Shown here piece by piece: positions 38,338-49,193 of a stretch of DNA of 55,810 nucleotides. The notes below the pieces were generated by a model. That model was not told where the DNA came from. It saw only the letters and a list, made by a program, of their open reading frames with translations, and did no database searches. The stretch's first letter is position 1; the number at the start of each line of letters is the position of its first letter. The position numbers and the translations under genes are program-made. Source of the stretch: a bacterium (GTDB lineage: Bacteria; SZUA-182; DTGQ01; JAFGSM01); NCBI GenBank assembly GCA_049472335.1, contig JBLIRO010000032.1:1-55810 (forward strand). The letters are read 5' to 3'.

Positions 38338-40878
38338 ATGAAGGAAGAAAATAGAACGGAAAAAAAATTGGAAGATGAATTAAAAAAATTACGGCAAGAA
38401 ATTACCAGATTGAAGGCTCTGGAAGGTCAGCAAAAGCAGATGGAGAACGCTCTTAAGGAATCTGAAGAAATGTATAAGACGCTGGTAAAGACATCTCCTG
38501 ATGCAGTAACTATAACCAATTTGGATGGGAATATAACTGAGGTGTCTCAGCGGACACTCGAATTGCATGGTTTTAGCTCTCCTGAAGAAATTTTAGGGAA
38601 AAACTCCTTCGATCTTATTGCTCAGGAAGATCACGAAAAGGCCAGGAAAAATGTTCTGAAAACCCTTCAGAACGGATATATCAGAAATCAAAAATATACC
38701 CTGCTCAAAAAAGACGGTACTCATTTTTACGGTGAAATTAACGCGGCTCTGGTTTCTGACATTTCGAGCAAGCCAAAGGCCTTTATAGGGATTACGAGAG
38801 ATATTACAGAGCAAGAGAAAACAAAAGATGCTTTGCAGCAAGCCTATGAAGCTTTAGAGATAAAAGTGGAGGAACGTACATGTGACCTGAAGTCTACCAA
38901 TAAAAAGCTTCAGGAGGAAATCGACGCACGAAGGCGGGCCGAAGAGGCGTTAAGGGAGAGTGAGGAAAGATTCAGGATGATAGTGGAGCTTTCACCTTTT
39001 CCAATATCCATATTCGATTCGGATGGAATATACCTTTATATAAACAGGAAATTCACCGAAGTTTTCGGCTATACACTGAAGGATGTGCCTACAGGGAAAA
39101 AGTGGTTTGATCTGGCATTTCCGGATCCAAAATATCGTCAGGAAGCAATATCCGCATGGAAATCCGATTTGGAAAAGCTGGCCAAAAAAAAGATAATGCC
39201 CAGGTTGTTTAATGTTAGGTGCAAGAATGGATCGGTTCGCAAAATCATTTTCAGGCCGCTTAAGATGAATTATGATCAACTCTTTATCATATATGAAGAT
39301 ATCACGGACCGTAAAAGGGCTCAGGAGGAAGTATATAAGGCAAAGGAATATCTGGAAAAGGTTTTCAACAGCGTTACGGATTCCATTATCGTATCAGGAT
39401 TAAACACCAGGGTGGTGACATTTAATAAGGCCACAGAGAAGATATTCGGTTATAAAAGTGAAGAGATTGTCGGAAAAAGCATCAGAAAGATATTTCCGGA
39501 TAAATCGGCATTCAAGGATCTGGTGAGAAACTCCTTAAAGGAAATCCAGGAGCATGGACATTTTGAAGGAGAAATCACATTAAGACACAAGAGCGGACGG
39601 ACATTCCCGGTATCCTTGATATCCTCGATGCTGATGGGTACTGATGGAAAACCAATAGGGATAGTCTCGGTCGGGCGGGATATTACGGAGCGAAAGCAGA
39701 CAGAGGAGGCAAAGGAGAAGTTGGAGTCACATTTGAGGCAGGCCCAAAAAATGGAGGCCATTGGCACGCTGGCCGGGGGGATTGCCCATGATTTCAATAA
39801 TATCCTCTCCGTTGTGCTCGGTTATGTTGAATTGAGTATAGATGCCTTTCCTGAGGGCAGTTCAGCCAGATCCAACATGGAAGAGGTTATAAGGGTATGT
39901 AATCGTGGAAAGGACCTGGTAAAGCAAATCCTTACCTTTAGCCGCAAGGTTGAAAAGGACCTGGTTCCTGTCCAGATTAATTCCATTGTCGATGAAGCCC
40001 TGAGATTTATCAGGGCATCGATTCCGAGCACAATAGAAATCCGTCAGGACATCGATACGAAATCAGGGAGCGTCCTGGCAAATCCCACACAGATACAGCA
40101 AATAATTATAAATCTTTGTTCTAACGCCTATTATGCCATGCGGGAATCCGGAGGGATCCTGGAAATAAAACTCGGAGCAGTACAAATCGGACCTGATTCC
40201 AGGGTCGAATGTCAGGATTTGAAGGATGGGACATATATAAGGCTCACCATTAAAGACACTGGCCATGGCATTGAGAAGTCGGATTTGGAACGTATCTTTG
40301 ATCCCTTTTTTACCACCAAACCCCCTGGCGAGGGGACCGGAATGGGTCTATCCACCGTGCATGGTATCGTCAGGGCGCATGGAGGCTCGATTACGGTAAG
40401 CAGTGAGATTGGAAAAGGGACGACCTTTAACATATACCTTCCCCGTTTATCCAAAGACGCTCCCACTAAAGAAGCCAAGCCGGAGTTAACCTCGGAGGGC
40501 AGGGAACATATATTATTGGTGGATGATGAAGAATCTATTATTTACGCGGGAAAGATTGTCCTGGAAAGGCTCGGCTATAAAGTCACTGCCCTTAAGAGCA
40601 GTTCAGAGGCATTGGAAATATTCCATAAAAATCCCGGCGATTTTGATCTCGTTATTACCGATCAAACTATGCCCGCGATGACAGGTGCGGAGCTGGCAAG
40701 CAAATTGATGTTGATACGTCCCACTATCCCGGTGATCCTGACAACAGGCTATAGTGAGTTAATCACAAGAGAGAAAGCAAAAAAGCTTGGAATACGTGAT
40801 TATATAATGAAGCCCTTTCTTGCCCGTGATCTCGCGAAGGCTATCAGGAAAATTATGGACCAGGAATATACGGTATAG
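38338..40878 (+). CDS. Hybrid PAS sensor histidine kinase/response regulator
   Basis: Three PAS domains; AHDFNN H-box; DTGHG and GTGMGL; receiver LLVDDE...TDQTMP. Confidence 0.95.
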   Translation: MKEENRTEKKLEDELKKLRQEITRLKALEGQQKQMENALKESEEMYKTLVKTSPDAVTITNLDGNITEVSQRTLELHGFSSPEEILGKNSFDLIAQEDHEKARKNVLKTLQNGYIRNQKYTLLKKDGTHFYGEINAALVSDISSKPKAFIGITRDITEQEKTKDALQQAYEALEIKVEERTCDLKSTNKKLQEEIDARRRAEEALRESEERFRMIVELSPFPISIFDSDGIYLYINRKFTEVFGYTLKDVPTGKKWFDLAFPDPKYRQEAISAWKSDLEKLAKKKIMPRLFNVRCKNGSVRKIIFRPLKMNYDQLFIIYEDITDRKRAQEEVYKAKEYLEKVFNSVTDSIIVSGLNTRVVTFNKATEKIFGYKSEEIVGKSIRKIFPDKSAFKDLVRNSLKEIQEHGHFEGEITLRHKSGRTFPVSLISSMLMGTDGKPIGIVSVGRDITERKQTEEAKEKLESHLRQAQKMEAIGTLAGGIAHDFNNILSVVLGYVELSIDAFPEGSSARSNMEEVIRVCNRGKDLVKQILTFSRKVEKDLVPVQINSIVDEALRFIRASIPSTIEIRQDIDTKSGSVLANPTQIQQIIINLCSNAYYAMRESGGILEIKLGAVQIGPDSRVECQDLKDGTYIRLTIKDTGHGIEKSDLERIFDPFFTTKPPGEGTGMGLSTVHGIVRAHGGSITVSSEIGKGTTFNIYLPRLSKDAPTKEAKPELTSEGREHILLVDDEESIIYAGKIVLERLGYKVTALKSSSEALEIFHKNPGDFDLVITDQTMPAMTGAELASKLMLIRPTIPVILTTGYSELITREKAKKLGIRDYIMKPFLARDLAKAIRKIMDQEYTV

Positions 40879-42518
40879 TGTGGCGGTTTGAAGGATTCCA
40901 ATTTTTTAAACTCAAATTGTCGTTACAAAGGCATCTCATCTTAAAACAAACCCTTAGAACCTGTCTTATTTCTCTTTTTTTCCTCTTCATATTTTATTCT
41001 CCCTCATTATCATCTGCCAAATATATATCCTTTTTGTGTCTGAATGATTTTCATGCCGCTGTGGAACCGTCCATGATCGTTTGGGAGGGAAAAAGGCAGA
41101 TGAACGGCGGTGCTGTGAGCTTAGCCGGCTATGTGGATCAGTTCCGTAAAAAGGAACAGAATCTTGTCTGGGTGGTAACTGGAGATATGTTTATGGGGCA
41201 TTACCTTGATTCCTTAACAAAAGGAAAGGCCATGATCGAATTCCTCAACATGATCCCTCCTGATTGTTTTACTCTGGGAAATCATGAGTTTGATTATGGG
41301 ATGGAAATACTAAAAGAAAGAATAGACGAGTCGAAATTTCCCATAGTGTGTGCCAATATAAAAACAGTAAAGGGCGACACACTCGTAAAGCCATACATTA
41401 TCCATGAAATAAACGGGATTAAGGTATTGCTTATAGGTGTGATTTGTCGAAATCTTCCGCAAATCGTTTCTGTCAACCGTCTGGGAAACATTGAGGTATT
41501 GGATTCAAAAAGCGTCATTAAAAGTATTGAGGTCACAGACCCTAAAAGTGCCATTCTCGAATGGACTAATAAACTCGACAGAGACGTTGATCTCACAGTT
41601 GTGCTCTCACATTCCGGACTAAGTGCGGACCTTAGAATAGCAAAGGACCTGCCGTCTGAATGCGGCGTGGATATCATTATAGGAGGGCACAGTCATGATT
41701 TAATGGAAAAACCGGAGGTGGTAAACGGAATCATTATCTGCCAGGCAGGTTCAAAAGGACGGTGTCTGGGCTATATCCAGGTAGATCTGGACCTCAGGGA
41801 AAGGCATATAGAATCACATACATGGGAACTTATACCAATCCTATGTGATAGGGTCGAGCCCAATAGGGCCGTTGAACGCTGGCTTGCCGGGAGAACAAAG
41901 AAGTTATCAAAACAGATGGAAAAGGTCATCGGCAATCTGGAAGGGGAGTGGGGCAGGGATAAAGAAAAACTGGAGTGGCCTGTAGCCAATTTTGCAACGG
42001 ACGCTATTGCAGAAGAGATGGAAGTCGATATCGGTATCTATAATAGGGGCGGTATCCGTAAATCCCTTGCTGGACCAAAGATAAGATTAAAGGATATCTG
42101 GGGTATATTCCCGTTTGGAAATTACATGGTGAGCTTCCGCCTCACCGGCAGACAGGTTAAGATCCTTCTTGAAAAACATTTATCTTTTTCAGGGGAACAT
42201 CTGTTTTTCTCAAAATCTGTAAGATACACCTTTGATCCCAAAAAAACCGTAGGTGATAGACTGGTGAACCTAATGATTCGGGGAGAATCCTTGGATCCTG
42301 ACCGGTTCTATACCATCGGAACCATTGAATACCTGTGGGGGCATGCTGAGGAATGTTTCGGGCTGTCTCAAAAAGAGATCGAAGCAACTGGCGGATTTGC
42401 GGAGTATCAGGATCTCATTGATAGGGATATCTTCATCGAAAAAATCAAAAAGATCGGAAACGTGGAAACACAATTGGATGGCAGAGTAAAGGTCTTGGGA
42501 TCACCTATACCCGGGTAA
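40878..42518 (+). CDS. Bifunctional metallophosphatase/5'-nucleotidase
   Basis: NDFH, GD, GNHEFD, SHSG, GGHSH, N.GGIR and FPFGN motifs. Confidence 0.9.
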   Translation: MWRFEGFQFFKLKLSLQRHLILKQTLRTCLISLFFLFIFYSPSLSSAKYISFLCLNDFHAAVEPSMIVWEGKRQMNGGAVSLAGYVDQFRKKEQNLVWVVTGDMFMGHYLDSLTKGKAMIEFLNMIPPDCFTLGNHEFDYGMEILKERIDESKFPIVCANIKTVKGDTLVKPYIIHEINGIKVLLIGVICRNLPQIVSVNRLGNIEVLDSKSVIKSIEVTDPKSAILEWTNKLDRDVDLTVVLSHSGLSADLRIAKDLPSECGVDIIIGGHSHDLMEKPEVVNGIIICQAGSKGRCLGYIQVDLDLRERHIESHTWELIPILCDRVEPNRAVERWLAGRTKKLSKQMEKVIGNLEGEWGRDKEKLEWPVANFATDAIAEEMEVDIGIYNRGGIRKSLAGPKIRLKDIWGIFPFGNYMVSFRLTGRQVKILLEKHLSFSGEHLFFSKSVRYTFDPKKTVGDRLVNLMIRGESLDPDRFYTIGTIEYLWGHAEECFGLSQKEIEATGGFAEYQDLIDRDIFIEKIKKIGNVETQLDGRVKVLGSPIPG

Positions 42519-42574
42519 GATTAAACCTTACCTCCCTCCAAAGATTGCATATTTTATATTTTTTAACCGGACAT

Positions 42575-43117
42575 TTAGTAAGCTGGAGGGGCAGCCGGTT
42601 CAGACCGGAGAAATATATCAGGCGCTATGCCCAAAGGAATACTCAACATATCTTTTTTTTCTTTCACTCCCCAGATAAACATGTCAGGCATGCACATCTC
42701 GGATGTTCCCATAGCATCTCTTTTTTCTCCAATCCCTGATATGACGGGCTTTAATAGATAAAATGCATGATATCCATAAGGATATTCATAAAAATAGGAC
42801 AAAGGATTTTGAAACAAGTCAGTCATGCAAACTTCTTCTGTGCATCCGGTTTTTAAACATGTCTTATGAGTCATAGTATAGGGCAAGGGCAACTCAGGAA
42901 GATCACAATAACCATAAAAACTGCATGTCGAATATGTAATATAACCATCGCATGTATAATATGTAAAATAAATAACACCGCATGTTGAATATGTATCGTA
43001 ATCGCATAGATTATAAGTAAGGAAGTTAATTGAATATGCATTAATACTTATTAAGAGGGTAAACATAAAAATTATCAGTGACAACGGGTATTTCCCGGTC
43101 ATAGGCTTGTTCTTCAT
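42575..43117 (-). CDS. Secreted Cys/Tyr/Thr-rich hypothetical protein
   Basis: Signal peptide; TYxTC repeats; probable start MKNKPM at 43117. Confidence 0.65.
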   Translation of the reverse strand: MKNKPMTGKYPLSLIIFMFTLLISINAYSINFLTYNLCDYDTYSTCGVIYFTYYTCDGYITYSTCSFYGYCDLPELPLPYTMTHKTCLKTGCTEEVCMTDLFQNPLSYFYEYPYGYHAFYLLKPVISGIGEKRDAMGTSEMCMPDMFIWGVKEKKDMLSIPLGIAPDIFLRSEPAAPPAY

Positions 43118-43559
43118 AAATATCACCCCAATCAACTAAAGATTTTAGTGAAAAAGCCAGAGATCCTCTACTATTATTATAGACGAAAAAGAACTTCTTT
43201 TTTCCCCCTTTTGTTCTTTTTTGACACTCTGGCATAATTGGATTATTTTTGTAGTAAATTTGTGGGGCATTTGGGCAGGTCTTTGATTATAAGGTTTTTA
43301 TTTAGGTATGGTGTTTTGATTTATGAGTTTTTGACAACAGGAGGCAATCTTCGATACTATACAATAACCACTATAGGTTCAGCTTTTGACATTAGACCAT
43401 TAAAATTGTTTTGATGAACTTTAAGAATTGAATAAATTTTCTGTCTTATTTTTGTTAAATTTCAAAACATACCCTTTATGACAAAAACTTAATTATGTAG
43501 AGATCTTGCCAGTTGACTGAATCCTCAAAAAGTGCTAAAAATAATGTGCTTTTTTTAAT

Positions 43560-43633
43560 GCGCCTGTAGCTCAGTTGGACAGAGCATCGGACTTCTAATC
43601 CGAGGGTCACAGGTTCGAATCCTGTCAGGCGCG
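43560..43633 (+). tRNA. tRNA-Arg(TCT)
   Basis: Cloverleaf with GCGCCTG/CAGGCGC acceptor, GCTC/GAGC D-stem, TCGGA-CTTCTAA-TCCGA anticodon arm and ACAGG-TTCGAAT-CCTGT T arm; CCA not encoded. Confidence 0.96.
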
Positions 43634-43643
43634 CCTGATTATC

Positions 43644-43677
43644 AAGGGATTAGCCAATTCTCGCTAATCCCTTTTTT
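43644..43677 (+). terminator. Intrinsic terminator after the tRNA
   Basis: aagggattagc...gctaatccctt followed by a T-run. Confidence 0.8.
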
Positions 43678-44014
43678 CTTATTTGGGTGTGACTTTTTTC
43701 AGAGCAGCTAAAAAATAGCCTGAAAAATAACAGATAAAAATAGATTAAAATAGTTTATTTTTATTGTTAAATTAATTTTTTGTAAGTTTTTGGCCTGAGC
43801 CTCTGATTTAGAATCCGAAGGCCGGGCAATTGATTATAAATGGCCATCACGTCAATAATTTCAATAGCCAAGGTAATTCTCAAAAGAGCAGGGCAGGGAA
43901 AATCTGAAACATTTAGCACAAAGCCATAGGGCGTTGACTAAATTTAAAAGTGGTATAAAAAGTGGGAGCAGGTCTGCTCCTTTCTTTGGGAGCTTATTCT
44001 ATCTTAATTTTACC

Positions 44015-45427
44015 TGTAGTTTGCCAAAATTCCATACGTAAAGAAATATCACTATTTCACCATACAAATCAATCGGTTTTCTATTCTGAAAATAAAATGG
44101 ATTGATGACAGAACGGGAATATGATAATCAATTTTTGAATCTAGTGCTGATAAAAGATAAGATATTTGAAAAGAAAAGAAAAGAAAAGACAATGTACCAC
44201 TTTGACCAGTGAAATAAAACCATACAATATTGAAAATTGCTTAAGCAGCTTTTTGCCATTCATATTTATGGTGCAGACCACCAAGTCTTGGAACAGGAAT
44301 CACTTTGGCTGCTTCTGATGGCTTCTGCTGTACCGCACGTCCTCTCGGTGTATTTCTATTTAAAGTTAAATGACATCGATCATTATTGTAATATTTAACA
44401 TATTCTCTGAGAGTACGTCTTAAATGCTCTTCGCTAAATACAATTATGTGATTGAGCAGGTCATCTATGGCTGATGGAATCCATCGTTCAGCAACACCAT
44501 TCTGCCAAGGAGATTGATAACTGATTAATTTTGGTTTTATGTTCATATTTTTGGTGAGCTGTTTGACCTGTAATGGAAAGATTCTATCTCGATTAAAAAA
44601 TCAAATACTTTGGGGCTAAATAAAAGGGAAATGCTTCTCGCAGTTGTTGCAACACCCATTATGTAGGATGCTCAGTTACATTGAAATGGATGATCTTTCT
44701 TTGGGCATGCTCAATAATGAAGAAAACATAAACAATAGTGAAATTAACGGTTGGAACAACAATCAGATCCATTGCTGAAATGGCTTCTCGATGGTTTTTT
44801 AGGAATGTCATCCATGATTGACGCCTTTTATAATCTGGATAATTTGATCTAAATTTTCTTAGATATCGAGATACTGTTCTTTGCTTTACATTCTCATATC
44901 CAAGCATCAACAATTTTGAATATATCCATGGAGCACCCCAGTTATTTTCAGTTGTCATCTGTTTAATGAGATTAATAATTTCCTTATCTATGGGCAGTCT
45001 TCCTGGCTTTCTATTTTCTAAAGATTTTTTCCTCCAATAATCCTTAAATCGCTGTTTCTGCTATTTTATGACTGTTTCAGGTTTAACAATTAACAAATTA
45101 TGAATCCATTTGGGCCATATCTGCTTCATTGTAATCCAGAACGATCGATCAATATCAGTTATCTTTGGTTTTTCTCTTTTGGTTAAATAAGTTACAAATT
45201 GCTGGCGCAAAGCCATATTTTCAAATATCAGATCTTCCTTTGATTTGAATAAGATTTTAATAAATGTCAAAGAAAAATAGAGTAATTTTATAAATATTTT
45301 GTACATATTGTGAGTTTGCCCTCCAAAAAGTTGCAGCATCTTTTGTCATTATCTTGAGGTTTTAATTGAGAATCTCAATTGTACAATCTAATGAAATTGT
45401 TGCAATATCTATTTTTGGCAAACTACA
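44015..45427 (-). mobile_element. Defective IS with integrase-core (rve, IS3/IS481-like) transposase
   Basis: Perfect 15-bp terminal IRs TGTAGTTTGCCAAAA at 44015-44029 and 45413-45427. Confidence 0.85.
44241..45339 (-). pseudogene. Integrase-core transposase pseudogene in three fragments
   Basis: LRQQ..VKPETVIK* / WGAP..FNVTEHPT* / SPWQNGVAER..LGGLHHKY; interrupted by premature stops. Confidence 0.88.
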
Positions 45428-45570
45428 ACGTACCATAATTCCCCCTATTAGCAATTCATGATTTTTGCACCCTACAGTCGTAAATATCACAGGCGCATAG
45501 CGGTAAGTATCAATTAAGTTTATTCTTACCCTATTCCCTCACAGTCAATAACCACTCCTTTTAGTTGTGG

Positions 45571-46665
45571 TTATTCGCTGTTTGTGGTTTCGCTGACAAT
45601 TTTCAAGACATTTTGTAGCCATGGATCATTCTTTGGAAATAAATATGCATGTCTATCAATTGTACTCCTCATAGTTGAAATGAGTTTGGATTTCTGTGCT
45701 TTTGAGCCGGTAATGTCTGATAATCTTTTTAAAGCGGAAAGATCACTCATAATAATATAACGTATAGTGGTCAATGAGTAGGGATTAAGACGATAAGCAT
45801 TTTCGATTTTCGTGCGGCCGGATTTCCCTTGCCGCTCTAATGCCATTCCCCAATATAGGTAAGCATCAATTTTAAGTAACGTTATGGAATTTGGATTTTC
45901 AACTACACGACGCATAGACGAGGCGGCACCCTGCCAATCACCACGAAAAATCCTAATAATACCAGCGACAAAATCTCCAACTTCTGTACGCTTTTTCCCT
46001 AATTCCGGTAGCCTTACCCAACCTTCTACATTTCCGGATCTGACTTTTGCCAAGCTTGGTTCGAATTGAATTCCGATATATGAATCGCCAACTATCCCTA
46101 TAGGCTCACCCCCTATTCTTTTCTCGTAAATCTTTAAAGCCGAAGGTAAACTATAGCGTTCAATAACCTCTTTCCTCAGTACAATTGAAGACAATTCAAA
46201 ACGACGTCTTGGAATATCAACTTCTATCCTCCTTCCCAACAAAGTAATTCTCCATACCTCTAATTGATTTTCACGGAAATCTCTATAAGACGGAACTGAT
46301 AAGTTTGTTTGTACAACAATACCTTTGCCATAAGGGTAGGCTTTCCCCCATAGGACTAACTGGGCAAGGATATCTTTCGCCATCTTTTCTGCTTCACTGT
46401 GGCTTTGTGAGCTAAGCGGACTATTATCCCAGATAATTAAGGCTTTTCCAAAATCCAAATTGTCCGGATTATCTGGCCATGGATAGCGTCTGAATGAATG
46501 CCATATTTGTAGGTTTAATACAGTTGCTACATTTTGACCCAGTGAACCTGGACCCTCAAAGGCGGGGATGAACAATGAAATCTGATCAACTGCTGCATCT
46601 ACTACAACTACAAGATTTAATAAAAACAATACCATTATTAATGATAAAAGTCTTGATGATCTCAT
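45571..46665 (-). CDS. Exported hypothetical protein (SH3-like strand plus TPR-like C-terminal part)
   Basis: Signal peptide; KVRSGNVEGWV; helical C-terminus; last gene of a four-gene operon. Confidence 0.75.
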   Translation of the reverse strand: MRSSRLLSLIMVLFLLNLVVVVDAAVDQISLFIPAFEGPGSLGQNVATVLNLQIWHSFRRYPWPDNPDNLDFGKALIIWDNSPLSSQSHSEAEKMAKDILAQLVLWGKAYPYGKGIVVQTNLSVPSYRDFRENQLEVWRITLLGRRIEVDIPRRRFELSSIVLRKEVIERYSLPSALKIYEKRIGGEPIGIVGDSYIGIQFEPSLAKVRSGNVEGWVRLPELGKKRTEVGDFVAGIIRIFRGDWQGAASSMRRVVENPNSITLLKIDAYLYWGMALERQGKSGRTKIENAYRLNPYSLTTIRYIIMSDLSALKRLSDITGSKAQKSKLISTMRSTIDRHAYLFPKNDPWLQNVLKIVSETTNSE

Positions 46666-46667
46666 TT

Positions 46668-47375
46668 CTACCGCCCGTTATTATTCATTTGAATCTGTTC
46701 AATGGCCTTCTTTATAGCTTCCTTTAGATCATTGATTTCAGGCATATCTTCAGGCAGGTCAGGCAACCTTACATAAGCTTCGCTTAAAAATGTAAGTATT
46801 ATATCATTTGGAAGGCCACGCTGCTGTGCGTCCATAGCTAAAGCGTATAGAGTTATTACAGTATGACTGTCTTTTGTTGTGTCAAACTGCTCGTCAACAA
46901 TAGGGAGGTCAAGTTGAATAGATGGATGTTTTAGATTACCCTTCAAATTCCCTAAGAATATTTTACTTCTGACAGAAAAGTCTGAACCGTTTAACCTTAT
47001 CCTTCCCAATAAGACCTCCAATGCACCTGAAGTATCCCAATGGTCAAATAAATCCTTTTGGCTACCTGAAAAAGGTAAGTGCTTGTTACTGGTAAGATCA
47101 GTGACAAAGTCAGGTCGCAAATTAGAAATATAATTAAAATTATTATCTTTAGTTTCAAATTCCTGGGCTAGCCTTAGCATTTTGGCAGTGATTATCTCTT
47201 TAAAGGCATTAAAATTAATTTCGTGGTTTTCATCTCTTATACCGCTATACTTGAAAATTGAAACTGTCAGACGAGGTGCATTATCTGCTGCTGTATTACT
47301 ATATACGATAAAGTCCAGACTCAGAAAAAAAATTGTACAAAATAAAACAAAAAGTATATATAGTTTTCTTCTCAA
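46668..47375 (-). CDS. Exported hypothetical protein
   Basis: 235-aa ORF, TTG start, signal peptide; 2-6 bp from its neighbours. Confidence 0.7.
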   Translation of the reverse strand: MRRKLYILFVLFCTIFFLSLDFIVYSNTAADNAPRLTVSIFKYSGIRDENHEINFNAFKEIITAKMLRLAQEFETKDNNFNYISNLRPDFVTDLTSNKHLPFSGSQKDLFDHWDTSGALEVLLGRIRLNGSDFSVRSKIFLGNLKGNLKHPSIQLDLPIVDEQFDTTKDSHTVITLYALAMDAQQRGLPNDIILTFLSEAYVRLPDLPEDMPEINDLKEAIKKAIEQIQMNNNGR

Positions 47376-47381
47376 CCTAGC

Positions 47382-48026
47382 TTATCCTTCGGTAGTACAT
47401 GAAACCACAATTTTATATGGCTTATGGTCAAAGGCTATGACATCAAAAGTGACTTTATACTCACATCGGGCAGATTCAGGACAAGGGTCAAGGCGGGCCT
47501 TTTTGCCATCTATGGTAACAGGGAAGAAATCTATAAGTACACTTTCCCCGGGCTTAATTAATGGTGAAATATCAGGTGATGGATCCTTCATTAATAATCT
47601 AGGCCTCGGATCAAGATTGTCATTAACGAGAAAGAGTAATACTGCACGTTCATTAAGAACAGCAGCTCGATCTCCTAAATTCGAAGCCACAACTCGAATT
47701 TTATTTTTTGTACAATCAAGGATAGCTACCCTTAAGTCAGATTTATGCACTACTATGTGGCCCTTAACAAAAACGAAAGCAAGTGCTACAACTGGCACAA
47801 GAGCAACGAGAGCTTGAAGATCCAAACCAGAAAAAAAACGACGTAGCGGATTTTGAAAACTATTGCATTTAATGCATTTTTTTGCCCCTTTTTTAATTTC
47901 GCTTTTGCAAATAACGCAATTAGCGAAATTTCCACCTTTCACTCTATCCTGATCTACCTCTCCCAACTCTTTGGGAATGTAATCTTCCGGCTTTTTTAGC
48001 AAATCCTCAGATTGTTTTTTAGTCAT
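47382..48026 (-). CDS. Membrane hypothetical protein with zinc-ribbon motif
   Basis: GGAGG RBS; CVIC...CIKC; one TM; Cys-containing outer domain. Confidence 0.75.
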   Translation of the reverse strand: MTKKQSEDLLKKPEDYIPKELGEVDQDRVKGGNFANCVICKSEIKKGAKKCIKCNSFQNPLRRFFSGLDLQALVALVPVVALAFVFVKGHIVVHKSDLRVAILDCTKNKIRVVASNLGDRAAVLNERAVLLFLVNDNLDPRPRLLMKDPSPDISPLIKPGESVLIDFFPVTIDGKKARLDPCPESARCEYKVTFDVIAFDHKPYKIVVSCTTEG

Positions 48027-48058
48027 GCGGATATTACCTCCCCATTTCCGGAAATTTG

Positions 48059-48403
48059 CTATTCATTAAGGCCAAGGCTTTCTAAAGTCTTTTTGCCTGG
48101 AATTCCATCCGCAACAAGACCATGATCTCGTTGGAATGCCTTAAGTGCCTTCTGAGTCCGGGGGCCATTGATTCCATCAACCGGACCAGGATCGTAGCCA
48201 TTTTCAATCAACCTTCCCTGTACCGCTTTAATTAAATTATACTGTGCACGTATCTGCTGCTGCCTAAGCATCGATTCATATCGGATGTTTCTTGCCTCGC
48301 CACCTATGGCATGCAATGTGGGTAAAAATAAAGAAGCTACAAAAATTAGAAAGATGATAGATAGAATTCTTGATAATTTCAGAAAATGGATTATTTTTTT
48401 CAT
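48059..48403 (-). CDS. Peptidoglycan-binding domain protein (PG_binding_1)
   Basis: AAGGAGG RBS; signal peptide; GYDPGPVDGINGPRTQKALKAFQ..GLVADG. Confidence 0.88.
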   Translation of the reverse strand: MKKIIHFLKLSRILSIIFLIFVASLFLPTLHAIGGEARNIRYESMLRQQQIRAQYNLIKAVQGRLIENGYDPGPVDGINGPRTQKALKAFQRDHGLVADGIPGKKTLESLGLNE

Positions 48404-48683
48404 CGGGACGTAACCTCCTTTCCATTTTTTTAATGAAAACAATCCTTGTTTAATCAAAAATCAATATATATACTAAAAAATATAAAAAAGGAATGCACAA
48501 GCATTCTCATCATTTCGAGCACTTGTATGCTCCTGTTAATTATAAGAATTTCCTTTTAACGAGTAAAAGTATATCAAGAATTATCATTTTTTCAAAATAA
48601 AATTTTAATTAAAATTTGCTAGATGATAAACATGACAGAAGTTATTAAATTGTAACATCTTAGTTGTTTGAAAGAGATCAAGT

Positions 48684-48770
48684 GAGCTCGGGTCTTTAAA
48701 TATGAGAACGGGAAAACAAATTTATTCACGATTCACTTTAAGCTTATTGTCAATATTTCAAGACCTGACC
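48684..48770 (-). repeat. ~88-bp MITE/REPIN-like element, copy 1
   Basis: Reverse complement aligns along its length with 54725-54813; imperfect terminal IRs. Confidence 0.75.
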
Positions 48771-48941
48771 TGTGCCTTGTCAAAACTTCATCTGACTACA
48801 AAATGAACCTTAAACAAGGTAATTCCTAAAATTTATTATTGATGTGTAAAATTTATTGAATAAAAGTTGAACTATATGATGTAAATAATCACAGAAAATA
48901 TAAGAAAGGGCAGGGATATCTAATAAGAATACTCTAAAGGT
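48771..48941 (-). mobile_element. Non-coding IS end fragment
   Basis: About 170 bp closely matching 55508-55680, starting TGTGCCTTGTCAAAAC. A second IS-end type (TGTCCTTCGCAAAAATTAAATCAGAGGAAATT) starts at 48942. Confidence 0.8.
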
Positions 48942-49146
48942 TGTCCTTCGCAAAAATTAAATCAGAGGAAATTTTTGGAAGATAATAATAAGAATAGAAT
49001 TAATTTTTTGGGTGTGACTTTGGGTGTGACTTTTTTCCAAAATATGCCAAAATCTGCTAAAATTTGCTAAAATATGACAAAGCTTAAATTCATAATAATT
49101 CAATAAGTTATTGTAATTTGAGGAGGTTGTTAAGACCAGAGGTAAT

Positions 49147-49193
49147 GATTCCTAATCCATGTGCCGGAGGTTCGAGTCCTCTCGGGCGCACCA
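49147..49193 (+). other. 3' half of tRNA-Arg(CCT), att-site scar
   Basis: GATTCCTAATCCATGTGCCGGAGGTTCGAGTCCTCTCGGGCGCACCA: anticodon loop, T arm, acceptor 3' strand and CCA, with no 5' half upstream. Confidence 0.8.

Noticed and set aside
43800..43826. Second tRNA gene
   Set aside because: Only a degenerate anticodon-arm-like stretch; no cloverleaf.
47182..47817. 211-aa plus-strand ORF
   Set aside because: Antisense to two genes of the tightly packed minus-strand operon.
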